DNA from: an uncultured delta proteobacterium
GTDB lineage: Bacteria; Desulfobacterota; Desulfobaccia; Desulfobaccales; 0-14-0-80-60-11
Assembly: GCA_963812015.1 (NCBI GenBank)
Contig: CAWETI010000003.1
Location: 128,001-192,000, forward strand
Direction of reading: 5' to 3'
Length of the DNA stretch: 64,000 nt
Position 1 is the stretch's first letter. The number at the start of each line of letters is the position of its first letter. The notes under the pieces are model-generated. The model did no database searches and was not told the DNA's origin. It was given only the letters and a program-made list of their open reading frames with translations. Shown in pieces: positions 25,178 through 34,599 of this stretch. Made by a program: the position numbers and the translations under genes.

Positions 25178-25459
25178 TTAATTGGTCAAAACCCGGGTGC
25201 GGGTGGGGGATTCCAGAAAACTGTCGATTTCGGCGCTCAATTTCTGCCGCTCCGGGTTGTTGAACCAGTCCTGCCACTGTCCCAGGGATTCCCAGGCGCT
25301 GATCACCAGGTAATAGTTGGGGTCATCCACCCCGTGCAGGGTCTCGCCGCTGATATAGCCGGGCTGCTGCATGGCCAAAACCCGGAGTTGGCGTAACAGG
25401 CGCACGATTTGCCCCACGTGCTGTCCGCTAATCGTCCTTTCCATCAAGACCTTGACCAT
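25178..25459 (-). CDS. Antibiotic biosynthesis monooxygenase (ABM) family protein
   Basis: QPGYISGETL...YLVISAWES. Confidence 0.8.
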   Translation of the reverse strand: MVKVLMERTISGQHVGQIVRLLRQLRVLAMQQPGYISGETLHGVDDPNYYLVISAWESLGQWQDWFNNPERQKLSAEIDSFLESPTRTRVLTN

Positions 25460-25759
25460 GTGCCTCTCCTTTTGGGTAATGGGGTTGAAGAACCTGCCGG
25501 GCTCCCGCCGGCGCCCCTGGCTTCGGGCCGGGTCCGGGAAGGGGGTCTTATACGGTTATCGGTTAAAATAAATTAAAATATCAATAAGTTAAATGTTTGG
25601 TGGGTAACATTTGCAAGGGAAACTAATCTTGTGCCGCCCGAGCCGCGTTCTGCTTTAAAATATACCAGATACCCCCCGGAGTTCAACGATCAATAAAGGG
25701 ATACGCTCTTGAGCCTGCCCGGGCTCTGTGGTATGATAACCCGGGGGAAGTGGGTACGC

Positions 25760-26923
25760 ATGGTCAAGTTAGCCGAATTACGGCAATTCCTGGACAAGCA
25801 GGAGGATGCCGAACTCTCTGCCTATGCCACCAGAAGCGTTCAGGCTATCCGGCGATGCTATGAAGAGCGCATTGCCGAGGGCCACCGCCAGAACTTCGCG
25901 GTGGACGCCGACCGCATCCTCCACTCCCGGGCGTACACCCGCTACATCGACAAAACCCAGGTCTTTTACCTCATTCAGCACGAACATATCAGCCACCGGG
26001 TGTTGCACGTCCAGCTTCTGTCCAAGATCGCCCGCACCATCGGCAAGTTTCTCCGCCTGAACGAGGACCTCCTGGAGGCCATCGCCCTGGGCCACGACAT
26101 CGGCCACCCCCCCTTCGGCCACGACGGGGAGCGCATCCTCTCGGGTCTCTGTGAGGCTCACGGCATCGGCCCCTTTCTCCACAGCATCCAGGGCGTGTGG
26201 TTCCTCGACCGGCTGGAAAAACAGGGACGGGGACTCAACCTCTCACTCCAGGTCCTGGACGGCATCCTCTGCCACGACGGGGAAACCCACCTGGAACGCC
26301 TCTCCCCCCAGGGGGACAAGACCTTTGCCCACCTGGAGGCAGAGATCCGCACTAAGCTGGGGGACCCGAAAATGTCCCTGAAGCCCATGACCCTGGAAGG
26401 GTGCGTCGTCCGCCTGGCGGATACCATCAGTTATATCGGCCGGGACCTGGAAGATGCCATCACCCTGAAGCTGGTGCGCCGGGAAGAGCTGCCGCCGGAG
26501 GTCGCCCAACCTCTGGGCCGGACCAATGGCGCCATCGTCTACAGCCTGGTGACTGACCTCATCACTCACAGCTACGATAAGAACTACGTGGGCTACAGCC
26601 CCGAAGTCGGCGGGCTCTTAAAAAAGCTTAAGGAGTTCAATTACCGGCGCATCTACGACAATCCCCGCATCAAGGGAGAGACCATCAAGATCGAAGGACT
26701 GTTTCAGCGTCTGTTTGAGCGGTTGCTGGCGGATGTGGAGACGGGCCGGGAAGATTCGCCGATCTGGACCGATTTTCTGGCCACCATGGACCCCGGTTAC
26801 CGGGACTCCCACCGGCCGGCGGAAATCGTCCGGGATTTTTTGGCCTCCATGACCGACGCCTATTTTTTGCGGACCTCCCAGGAACTGTTCTTCCCGCAAC
26901 CGTTGCGGGTGGATTTTGCTTGA
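25760..26923 (+). CDS. HD-domain deoxyguanosinetriphosphate triphosphohydrolase-like protein
   Basis: DADRILHS, KTQVF, HDIGHPPFGH, ADTISY, DFLASMTD. Confidence 0.85.
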   Translation: MVKLAELRQFLDKQEDAELSAYATRSVQAIRRCYEERIAEGHRQNFAVDADRILHSRAYTRYIDKTQVFYLIQHEHISHRVLHVQLLSKIARTIGKFLRLNEDLLEAIALGHDIGHPPFGHDGERILSGLCEAHGIGPFLHSIQGVWFLDRLEKQGRGLNLSLQVLDGILCHDGETHLERLSPQGDKTFAHLEAEIRTKLGDPKMSLKPMTLEGCVVRLADTISYIGRDLEDAITLKLVRREELPPEVAQPLGRTNGAIVYSLVTDLITHSYDKNYVGYSPEVGGLLKKLKEFNYRRIYDNPRIKGETIKIEGLFQRLFERLLADVETGREDSPIWTDFLATMDPGYRDSHRPAEIVRDFLASMTDAYFLRTSQELFFPQPLRVDFA

Positions 26924-26931
26924 GGGTACTC

Positions 26932-27693
26932 ATGCGCCTCATGACCTTTAATCTCAGGTTTGCCACTCCCATTGACGGCCCCAATGAATGGGAGTTTCGC
27001 AAGGAGCTGGTGGTTGAGATCATCCACAACCATCGGCCGGACCTGTTGGGCACTCAGGAAGGGACCGTGCCCCAACTCGGTTACCTGGAGGAGCATCTGG
27101 CCGGCTATCTGCCGTTAACGGCGCATCGGCAGGTGGATCCCACCTGCCAGTACCCCACCATTTTCTATCGCGCCGACCGCGTTCACGTCCAAGAGAGCGA
27201 TGAATTCTGGCTGTCCGAGACCCCCCGGGTACACCGCAGCCTGAGCTGGGGCTCAGCCTTTCCCCGCATGGTCACCTACGGACTCTTTCGGGAAACGGGC
27301 CGCAACACCAGCTTTTACTTCATCGACACCCACCTGGACCATATCTCGGCGGCGGCCCGGCGTGAGGGCGCCCGGATGATCCGGGAATTTTTCTTTCCCC
27401 TGAACCAGCCCTTGGTACTGGTGGGGGATTTCAATGAGCCGCCGGACGAGTCGGTGTATCGGGAATTAATCCGGGCGGACGGCCCCCTCCGGGATACCTG
27501 GAGATGGGAGCAGCCGCCGGGCGCAGAGGCCCCCAGCCAGCACGGGTTTGATGGCCAGCCCCGGGGCAGCCGCATCGACTGGATTCTGGCGGCCCCGGGC
27601 TTTAAGGTCCGGCGGGTGGCCATGGTCACGGATAATCAGAATGGTCGCTACCCTTCTGATCACTATCCTTATGAAGCAGAGGTGGAATATTGA
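26932..27693 (+). CDS. Endonuclease/exonuclease/phosphatase family protein
   Basis: MTFNLR, QE, GDFN, IDWI, SDHYP. Confidence 0.9.
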   Translation: MRLMTFNLRFATPIDGPNEWEFRKELVVEIIHNHRPDLLGTQEGTVPQLGYLEEHLAGYLPLTAHRQVDPTCQYPTIFYRADRVHVQESDEFWLSETPRVHRSLSWGSAFPRMVTYGLFRETGRNTSFYFIDTHLDHISAAARREGARMIREFFFPLNQPLVLVGDFNEPPDESVYRELIRADGPLRDTWRWEQPPGAEAPSQHGFDGQPRGSRIDWILAAPGFKVRRVAMVTDNQNGRYPSDHYPYEAEVEY

Positions 27694-27694
27694 G

Positions 27695-28654
27695 ATGGCT
27701 GTAAGAGTGTGGCTGATCCTAGTAGTCCTACTGTCGGGAGCCCGGCTGGCCGGCGCCGCTTCGGCTCCGCCCCTCTACACCCAGGTGGCAGGGGGTGAGG
27801 AAGAACTTGAAGTGGCGAAACCCATGAGTGTGAACCGCATCGCCCTGGAGAAGGGGCTGCGGTGGGAAGTGCTGGTCCGGCAGAATGGCCTGAAAAAGCC
27901 CTATAAGCTCACGCCCGGCATGGTGGTCAAGGTCAACAATACCCATATCGTCCCTGGGGAACTGAAAGACGGTCTGGTCATCAATCTGCCGGAGCTGAAT
28001 CTCTACCGTTTTCAGCGCGGGGCCTATCTGCGGCGTTATGCCCTGGCCGTGGGGAAGCCCAGCTGGCCCACCCCCACCGGGACTTATGAGATCTACGAAA
28101 AGCGCAAGAACCCCATCTGGAACGTGCCGCCGTCTATCCAGGAGGAGATGGAGGAAATGGGCCAAGACGTGGTGGAGAAAGTGCCCCCCGGCCCCAAGAA
28201 CCCCCTGGGCAAGTTCTGGCTGGGGACCACCGCCGCCGGGGTGGGCATTCATGCCACCAATCGCCCCTGGAGCGTGGGTTACTCAGTATCCCACGGCTGC
28301 ATCCGCATGCTCCCGGGGGAGATCGAGCAACTCTACCCCGAAGTAGAGGTGGGCACGCCGGTGAAGATCATTTACCGACCCATCAAACTGGCCCTCACGC
28401 CCCAGGGAAGGGTATATCTGGAGGCCAATCCCAATATCTACCAGTGGGAGTTGAATTCCCTGGAATGGGTCCAGGACATGGCCGAGTATTACCATATTAC
28501 CGATCGCATCGATTGGGATAAGGTCCGCCCCATCCTCAAAGCCCGGAATGGCGTCGCCAAGGATATCACCAAAGACCCCGGGGTTCCGGCCGCCGGCGCG
28601 GCGAAAGAGGTCCGGCTTTTGCCTTTACATGGGAAGGAGGCCAAGTTAGAATAG
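27695..28654 (+). CDS. L,D-transpeptidase with LysM-like N-terminal region
   Basis: PPGPKNPLG, IHATN, SHGCIRM; signal peptide from ATG 27695. Confidence 0.9.
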   Translation: MAVRVWLILVVLLSGARLAGAASAPPLYTQVAGGEEELEVAKPMSVNRIALEKGLRWEVLVRQNGLKKPYKLTPGMVVKVNNTHIVPGELKDGLVINLPELNLYRFQRGAYLRRYALAVGKPSWPTPTGTYEIYEKRKNPIWNVPPSIQEEMEEMGQDVVEKVPPGPKNPLGKFWLGTTAAGVGIHATNRPWSVGYSVSHGCIRMLPGEIEQLYPEVEVGTPVKIIYRPIKLALTPQGRVYLEANPNIYQWELNSLEWVQDMAEYYHITDRIDWDKVRPILKARNGVAKDITKDPGVPAAGAAKEVRLLPLHGKEAKLE

Positions 28655-28804
28655 ATTCCGTCCGGTGACCCCCAGGGGGACCGATGGACCGGGGGGGCAA
28701 GGGCAGCGAGGCATCCGCCTCCCCGCACGTGACCTCATCTACCGACCCCGGTTGCCGCGGGCCATCACGGAAACTTTTCAGCTGCATTGACAAAGGACGC
28801 CTTT

Positions 28805-29329
28805 ATGATTCGATTGCATTGTGTGCCAATGGTTTTGGGAGTTTTTTTGGTGATGGCCCTTTCAGGTTCGGCCCTGGCCCAGCCACAGCCGGCCAAGTGT
28901 GGCCCCGACCACGCCATCCTCTACAATCGGGCCGTGAAGCTGTTGGATAACGCCGAAAAGAAGTTGACGGCGGGCTATACCGCGGAAGCCAAGTCCCTGG
29001 TGAAAGAGGCCAATTCTCTGTTCACCATCCTGCAAAAAGAGTGCGGCCCCGCCCAGGCGGAGCGACCCCTGACGGATCAAGAGACCCAGCAGGAGGCCAT
29101 CAACCAGAAGCTGGCCGCGGATGAATTGGCCCAGGCGGAACGCCTGATGAAGTCGGCGGACGAAAAAGGCAAGAAGGCTTCCACGCTGGAGACGACCCAG
29201 CCGGATGTCTATGTGAAGTATCAGCGGGAGGCCAAGGGAGAGTACGAACAGGCCCACAAGCGCTCCATCAAATCGGAAATTTACGCCCTGCGCAACCAGC
29301 AGATGGTCTTCAAGTTTCTGGTCAAGTGA
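28805..29329 (+). CDS. Exported helical hypothetical protein
   Basis: Signal peptide, host-like codon usage. Confidence 0.65.
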   Translation: MIRLHCVPMVLGVFLVMALSGSALAQPQPAKCGPDHAILYNRAVKLLDNAEKKLTAGYTAEAKSLVKEANSLFTILQKECGPAQAERPLTDQETQQEAINQKLAADELAQAERLMKSADEKGKKASTLETTQPDVYVKYQREAKGEYEQAHKRSIKSEIYALRNQQMVFKFLVK

Positions 29330-29427
29330 CCGGCTCGCCGGGGTGGCTTGAGAGATAAACCGAGTTGCAGGCCAAAAAACCTACTTGATAAAAAGATGCC
29401 GGGACGCACCTTCTGGCGTCCAAGGGC

Positions 29428-30135
29428 GTGAGGCCTCACGCCCCCCCACCAGCCCTCACTTTTATGACGGTACTCCGGGATAAGGCAGAGCGTCTCACGA
29501 TCACCGCGGCGGCGACCGGACCCCTCCAGGTGATCTCTTATCTGGTGGCCTGCCCGGAAACGGGCGAAGCCCTCCTCATCGACCCCGGCGGTCCCTCACC
29601 CGAGTTGTCGGCCAAACTCCGGCAGGAAGGCTGGCGATTGCGCTGGCTGGTCAACACCCACGGACATGCCGATCATACCGCCGGTAACGAGGCGTGGGCG
29701 GCGGCGACCGGCGCCCGGATCGTCATCCACCGCTTGGACTGGGAATTCTTCCGGACGCCTGAGATGCAGGCCGCGGTCCGGGCCGAGGGTTTTCCCCCCC
29801 TGATGCGGGCGGATGTGCTGGTGGAGGATGGCCACCGTCTGCCCCTGGGCCCGGGCGAGGCCCTGGTCCTCCATACCCCGGGCCATACCCCGGGGGGCGT
29901 GTGCCTCTCCTTCCCCGGCCATCTGTTCACCGGGGACACCCTCTTTGTGGGCGCGGCCGGACGCACCGACCTGCCGGGAGGGTCCCTGACTCAACTCATC
30001 GCCTCCCTGGAAGAGAAGATCATGCCATTGCCGGACGAGACCCGCATCTGGCCCGGCCATGACTATGGCGAGACGCCGACCTCCACCCTGGGCGAAGAAA
30101 AGCTCAACAATCCCTACCTCACCGATTTTTTCTAA
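29428..30135 (+). CDS. MBL-fold metallo-hydrolase (glyoxalase II-like)
   Basis: THGHADH, TPGHTPG, FTGD, PGHDY. Confidence 0.9.
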   Translation: MRPHAPPPALTFMTVLRDKAERLTITAAATGPLQVISYLVACPETGEALLIDPGGPSPELSAKLRQEGWRLRWLVNTHGHADHTAGNEAWAAATGARIVIHRLDWEFFRTPEMQAAVRAEGFPPLMRADVLVEDGHRLPLGPGEALVLHTPGHTPGGVCLSFPGHLFTGDTLFVGAAGRTDLPGGSLTQLIASLEEKIMPLPDETRIWPGHDYGETPTSTLGEEKLNNPYLTDFF

Positions 30136-30314
30136 AAAAACCCTTGAAAGACTATCCTGCCGCTATACTATTACCGATATAAGAAAAATCCCCGGGCCGT
30201 CCTGCCCTGGGCGTGGAGGCGGGGGCTGGTGGGGCAAGGGGGGATAAAAACCGTGGTTCTCAAGGTCGTATACATTATGAAGCGCTACCCGAGAGTTTAT
30301 CTGAAGAGTTGCAC

Positions 30315-31790
30315 ATGACCTCCTCCCAGACACCTCGGACCTTGATACGCAAGCCGCCGGAGGGGCTTTTTGCCCGCCTCCTGGACAGCCTCTCCGATAT
30401 GTATGCCCTGGTCCTGGACGAGGATCTCCGCATCACCTATGCTAATGTCTCGTTCCTGAAGCACTTCGGGCTCAAGTGGGAAAAAATCATCGGCACTCCT
30501 TGTCAGGATTTGGGAACGCCTTTTCTGGGCACCGACGCCCTGAAGGTGGGTTTCTGCCCCGAGGAGATGAGCCCCTGGTATCCGTCCCGAACTCTTCTGA
30601 CCCGGGAAGCCCAGGACAAGGTTTATGTCTATGAGTGCACCCTGTACCACCTGGCAGGCAGCCGCGGGGCCACTTGGAACCTGTGGTCTCTCCGGGATGT
30701 CACCGACCGCTTCCGGCTGGAATCCCGGGTCCGGCAGATGGGCGAACTGGAACGCAACCTGGTCCAGGCCTCCATGGATGGGATCATCGTCAATGACATG
30801 CTGGGAAACGTCCTGATCTTCAACGACGGCGCCGGTAAAATCCTGGGGTATGCTCCGGAAGAGGTCATCGGCAAGATCAAGGTCTACCGATTCTATCCGG
30901 ATAAAACCGCCCATGAAATTAAACGGTTGATTTACGACCCGGCCCAAGGGGGCGTGGGCATTCTGGAAAATTATGAAACCCAGGCCCTCCATAAGGACGG
31001 TTCCCCAGTGCCCATCTGGCTGTCGGCCCGCCTCTTGCACGAAGACGGCCGGGAGGTCGGCATCGTCGGCTATTTCAGGGACCTCCGGGAACGGCAGCGG
31101 CTGGAAACGGAACTCCTGCGGAACGAACGGCTGGCCACCCTGGGCAAGATGGTGGCCCGCATCAGTCACGAGATCAAGAATCCCCTGGTTACCATCGGCG
31201 GGTTTGCCGGTCAGTTGGGTCGCATGGCGGGCCTGCCCGAAGACGCCCGGCGCAAATTGACCCTCATTTATCAGGAGGTGCAGCGCCTGGAGAAGTTCCT
31301 CAGCGACATGAGCACCTTCACCCGGGGCGCCCCGCCGCAAAAGACCCAGGGGGACCTCCCGGCCCTGATCCGGGAAGTGGCGGAACTCATGGACAACAGC
31401 TTCAAGGAGCAGTCCGTGGTCTTCCACCTGCACACCCGGTCCCAGATCCCCACGTTGGCCTTTGATCCCGGACAGATTCGCCAGGTGCTGATCAATCTGT
31501 TCAAGAACGCCCTGGAGGCCATGCCCAAGGGCGGCGATTTAACCGTGACCGTCGAGGTTCAGGATGACTTTCTGGTTGTCGCCATCACCGACACCGGCAG
31601 CGGTATCACCCCGGAGGATCTGCAGAACCTGTTTACGCCGTTTTTCACCACCAAGCAGGGGGGCACCGGTTTGGGCCTGACCATCGTCCGGGGCCTCATC
31701 TCCCAACATCAGGGTGACATCAGCATCGCCAGCGAAGTGGGCCGGGGCACCACCTGCACCATTCGCCTGCCGATGGTTTCGGCCTCATAA
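30315..31790 (+). CDS. PAS-domain sensor histidine kinase
   Basis: SHEIKNPL H-box, NLFKNA, DTGSGI, FFTTK, GTGLGL; start approximate. Confidence 0.9.
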   Translation: MTSSQTPRTLIRKPPEGLFARLLDSLSDMYALVLDEDLRITYANVSFLKHFGLKWEKIIGTPCQDLGTPFLGTDALKVGFCPEEMSPWYPSRTLLTREAQDKVYVYECTLYHLAGSRGATWNLWSLRDVTDRFRLESRVRQMGELERNLVQASMDGIIVNDMLGNVLIFNDGAGKILGYAPEEVIGKIKVYRFYPDKTAHEIKRLIYDPAQGGVGILENYETQALHKDGSPVPIWLSARLLHEDGREVGIVGYFRDLRERQRLETELLRNERLATLGKMVARISHEIKNPLVTIGGFAGQLGRMAGLPEDARRKLTLIYQEVQRLEKFLSDMSTFTRGAPPQKTQGDLPALIREVAELMDNSFKEQSVVFHLHTRSQIPTLAFDPGQIRQVLINLFKNALEAMPKGGDLTVTVEVQDDFLVVAITDTGSGITPEDLQNLFTPFFTTKQGGTGLGLTIVRGLISQHQGDISIASEVGRGTTCTIRLPMVSAS

Positions 31791-31891
31791 TCGAGGGGAG
31801 GGCCGGGGGATTTTTCGTATGTCAAATCCCCCACCCTCCCCTCGAACTCCCCTCCCCGTCCCCTTGGAGGGGCGGACCTGCGTGTCCGCCC
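31791..31891. repeat. Partial family A repeat followed by REP-like unit (31866..31891)
   Basis: TCGAGGGGAGGG...CCCTCCCCTCGA; GGAGGGGCGGACCTGCGTGTCCGCCC; between convergent genes. Confidence 0.7.
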
Positions 31892-31903
31892 GAGGACGCT
31901 CCC

Positions 31904-32830
31904 TCAGGTTACGCCTAACCCCAAATCCTCCGGTAACAGGACCACTTCCCGTTCCAGGGCCACCCCCAGGGTCTGCCAGACTTTTTCCTGAATCGCGGCG
32001 ATGAGGGCCTTGACTTGGTCCGCGGTGGCGTGTCCGTGGTTGAGGATGAAGTTGGCATGTTTCCGGGAGACCACCGCGTCCCCCAGGCGGTATCCCTTAA
32101 AGCCGGCCGCCTCGATGAGCCACCCCGCGGCCGGCCCCCCGGGCGGGTTTTTGAAGATGCTGCCGCAGCTCCGGGGGTTAGCGGGCTGCCGGGCCCGGCG
32201 TTTGGCCATGAGCTCCCCCATGCGGGCCTGGATGGCCTCGGGGCCGGCGGGGTCCGCCAGCTTGAACTCCGCCTCCACCACCAGCCAGTGGGGGAAGTTG
32301 AGGAGGAGCGAGGTGCGGTAGCCCAGGCCCAGTTCGTCAGGCCGGAATGCTAAAAGCTGGAGCCGGGGAGTGGCCACCCAGACCCGGCTCAGCACGTCGG
32401 CCAGGCTCTGGCCCTCGGCCCCGGCGTTGAGGCGCACCGCCGCGCCCACGGTGCCGGGGATGCCGGCCAGAAACTCGAACCCCGAAAAACCCAGCCGGGC
32501 CGCGGTCTGGGCCAACCGGGGCAGAGGCACGCCGGCCCCGGCCCGCAAGGTGTCGCCATGACGCTCCAGCCCCTGCAAGCTTTTCGCCAGATGGAGCGTG
32601 AGCCCCGGCAGCCCGGCGTCGTCGATGAGCACGTTGGAGCCCCGCCCCAGGAAGAACAGCGGCCAGCCGCGGTCATAGGCCAGGGCCATGAGGCGCCAGA
32701 CGTCTTCCAAGTCCGCCGGAACCGCCAGCCGCGCCGCCACCCCGCCGATCCTCCAGGTGGTCAGGGGAGCCAGGGGGTGGTTTTCTAAGACGAACTGGCT
32801 GATATTTTTAGGAATAATTTTGCTGGGCAT
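31904..32830 (-). CDS. murB: UDP-N-acetylenolpyruvoylglucosamine reductase
   Basis: TTWRIGG, GRGSNVL, GIPGTVG, GSIFKNP, HANF. Confidence 0.93.
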   Translation of the reverse strand: MPSKIIPKNISQFVLENHPLAPLTTWRIGGVAARLAVPADLEDVWRLMALAYDRGWPLFFLGRGSNVLIDDAGLPGLTLHLAKSLQGLERHGDTLRAGAGVPLPRLAQTAARLGFSGFEFLAGIPGTVGAAVRLNAGAEGQSLADVLSRVWVATPRLQLLAFRPDELGLGYRTSLLLNFPHWLVVEAEFKLADPAGPEAIQARMGELMAKRRARQPANPRSCGSIFKNPPGGPAAGWLIEAAGFKGYRLGDAVVSRKHANFILNHGHATADQVKALIAAIQEKVWQTLGVALEREVVLLPEDLGLGVT

Positions 32831-32845
32831 GGGATCGCCATAAAT

Positions 32846-32876
32846 AAAAAATGGCCGCATAGCTCTAACGGCCATT
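32846..32876 (-). terminator. Probable terminator after the TAC triad
   Basis: Minus strand AATGGCCG...CGGCCATT followed by a T run. Confidence 0.55.
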
Positions 32877-32904
32877 CTATCAATTTGCCGGTGATGAGGA
32901 ATAG

Positions 32905-33543
32905 TTACGCACTGAGCTTCTTTCCCCGCGTGGACTCCTTTTTGGTGACATTAGTCTTCGCTTTCTTCTCCGGTTTTTCCCCCGGCACGATTTCCAGGGT
33001 GGGCACCGTCAAGGCGGGAAAACCCATGCGTGCGGACATGCTCTGAACGAATTCCCGCCAATACGGCCAGGCAGCGGAAATGGGGTTAACCGCATAAACA
33101 AGTCTATTGAACGTGGCGCAATCATCCAAATGATGCGGTTCTTCATCTTTTTCTATAGAATCAAAATCCTCTAAAACCATAGCATAATAATCTTTAACAT
33201 CAGGATCGTCTAAGTCAAAATTGAAAGAAGTTATGAAGCTCGCTTCAATTTTCATAACGGGTTTATTTGGCAATTTATCATTAAATGCAGTAACCCGAAA
33301 TTTACAAAGGATGAAGTGTAAGTCGAGCCGGTCCCCATATTCTTCTGGAGCAAGGATTTCCCTAGTGAATTTATGTTCTAAGGCAAGAGTCTCGGGGGAA
33401 ATAACAAACGGATCACGCCAGGTTCTGGCATCTACCAGGTAGATTTCTTCGAGAACAGCCTTTTGCGCCGCTCTTATAGCTTTATTGTGAGGGTCAAATA
33501 TTCCTGCATATAAAGTGGCACGCTTTTCCATAAAGAACCTCAT
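32905..33543 (-). CDS. SecB-like chaperone
   Basis: C-terminal AWPYWREFVQSMSARMGFPALTVP matches the SecB PY.R...GFP.L.LP signature. Confidence 0.7.
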   Translation of the reverse strand: MRFFMEKRATLYAGIFDPHNKAIRAAQKAVLEEIYLVDARTWRDPFVISPETLALEHKFTREILAPEEYGDRLDLHFILCKFRVTAFNDKLPNKPVMKIEASFITSFNFDLDDPDVKDYYAMVLEDFDSIEKDEEPHHLDDCATFNRLVYAVNPISAAWPYWREFVQSMSARMGFPALTVPTLEIVPGEKPEKKAKTNVTKKESTRGKKLSA

Positions 33544-33950
33544 TAGCCCGTAATGGCTTTTTTGAATTCTGGATAGTTGTCAGCCAATTTGATTTTTAAT
33601 TTTCTCCATGTGCAGGTGGGCCTTTTGGGCATAGTATATCTATCCTGAAATGTTGGGAATTCAATAATGTTGCTTTTTTGTTTTAGCTTTTGAGGAGTAA
33701 GAGAAACCTTATATCCCAACACATGCAGAATATCAGCCACGGTACGCAAGGTAAGATTCCGGCCGCCATTCAGCAATTGGGAGATAAACCCTTTGGTTTT
33801 ACCCAGACGGTCGGCCAGTCCTTTCCGGGAAACCTTCTCATTCTCCAAAAGGTCGCAAATGGTTTCAGTAACTTCCAAAATAAGTTCTTCTTGCGCGAGT
33901 AACTTTCGGAATTCAGGATCATTCATATCATCTATGACTGAATTAGCCAT
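33543..33950 (-). CDS. XRE/HigA-like HTH antitoxin with C-terminal extension
   Basis: VSRKGLADRLGKTKGFISQLLNGGRNLTLRTV. Confidence 0.8.
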   Translation of the reverse strand: MANSVIDDMNDPEFRKLLAQEELILEVTETICDLLENEKVSRKGLADRLGKTKGFISQLLNGGRNLTLRTVADILHVLGYKVSLTPQKLKQKSNIIEFPTFQDRYTMPKRPTCTWRKLKIKLADNYPEFKKAITG

Positions 33951-33961
33951 TTTCAAACCCC

Positions 33962-34372
33962 TTATTTATATAGGTTTACGTTATTGTAAATCTCACGATA
34001 AGATAACATCCGATCTTCTTCTTCAGGTCGCAACTTATCAGTTTGTTTTTTAAAACCATGCGTTATGATGATTCGATCATTTCCTTCGTTAAAAAAATAA
34101 AGCCGATGTTGATGTGCCTTGATCACCCAAAAATCCCTTACCCTGCCTTTTAATCGATGGAGTTGCTCATCCTTAACCTTCCCTTTTTCAGCGTATCTTC
34201 TGATTAAGGCAGCAAGTTTAACCTTTTGATCTTTGGTAACTTCTTTAGGATCATTAAGGAAATCATCTTCAACCGGGCATTTTCCCTTGGGATTCACGAA
34301 ATAAAGGATATCTACCTCCCAACGGTCGATATCTTTTAAAAACGGCGACCTTTTACTTCTCGGTTTTGGCAT
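33962..34372 (-). CDS. RelE/HigB (Gp49-like) toxin
   Basis: GKCPVEDDFL...LKG...HRLYFF...IITHGFKKQTDK. Confidence 0.8.
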   Translation of the reverse strand: MPKPRSKRSPFLKDIDRWEVDILYFVNPKGKCPVEDDFLNDPKEVTKDQKVKLAALIRRYAEKGKVKDEQLHRLKGRVRDFWVIKAHQHRLYFFNEGNDRIIITHGFKKQTDKLRPEEEDRMLSYREIYNNVNLYK

Positions 34373-34431
34373 GTACGCAAGTTAGCCAAATAGCCGCCTC
34401 TTGGCAAGGGGAAAAGCCTCTCCTATTGGTA

Positions 34432-34451
34432 AGTTTACTTATATATAAACT
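34432..34451. promoter_or_regulatory. Candidate antitoxin operator
   Basis: AGTTTA-N8-TAAACT palindrome 60 bp upstream of the toxin. Confidence 0.4.
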
Positions 34452-34599
34452 ATATTAAACCAAAATCAAGCGCAAAAACTAAAATTGGCAAAAAATATTA
34501 GGGAAGATGCCCGCGCTTATGGGGATTGGTCCCCCTTCTCCCGCCTTGACAATTCCGGGTAAAACGGGTAGCTTAACTCCTTAGATTAAGGGGGAGAAT

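Noticed and set aside
25760..26923. dGTPase as an antiphage nucleotide-depletion gene
   Set aside because: Host-like GC and housekeeping context; looks like the ordinary HD-domain Dgt-like family
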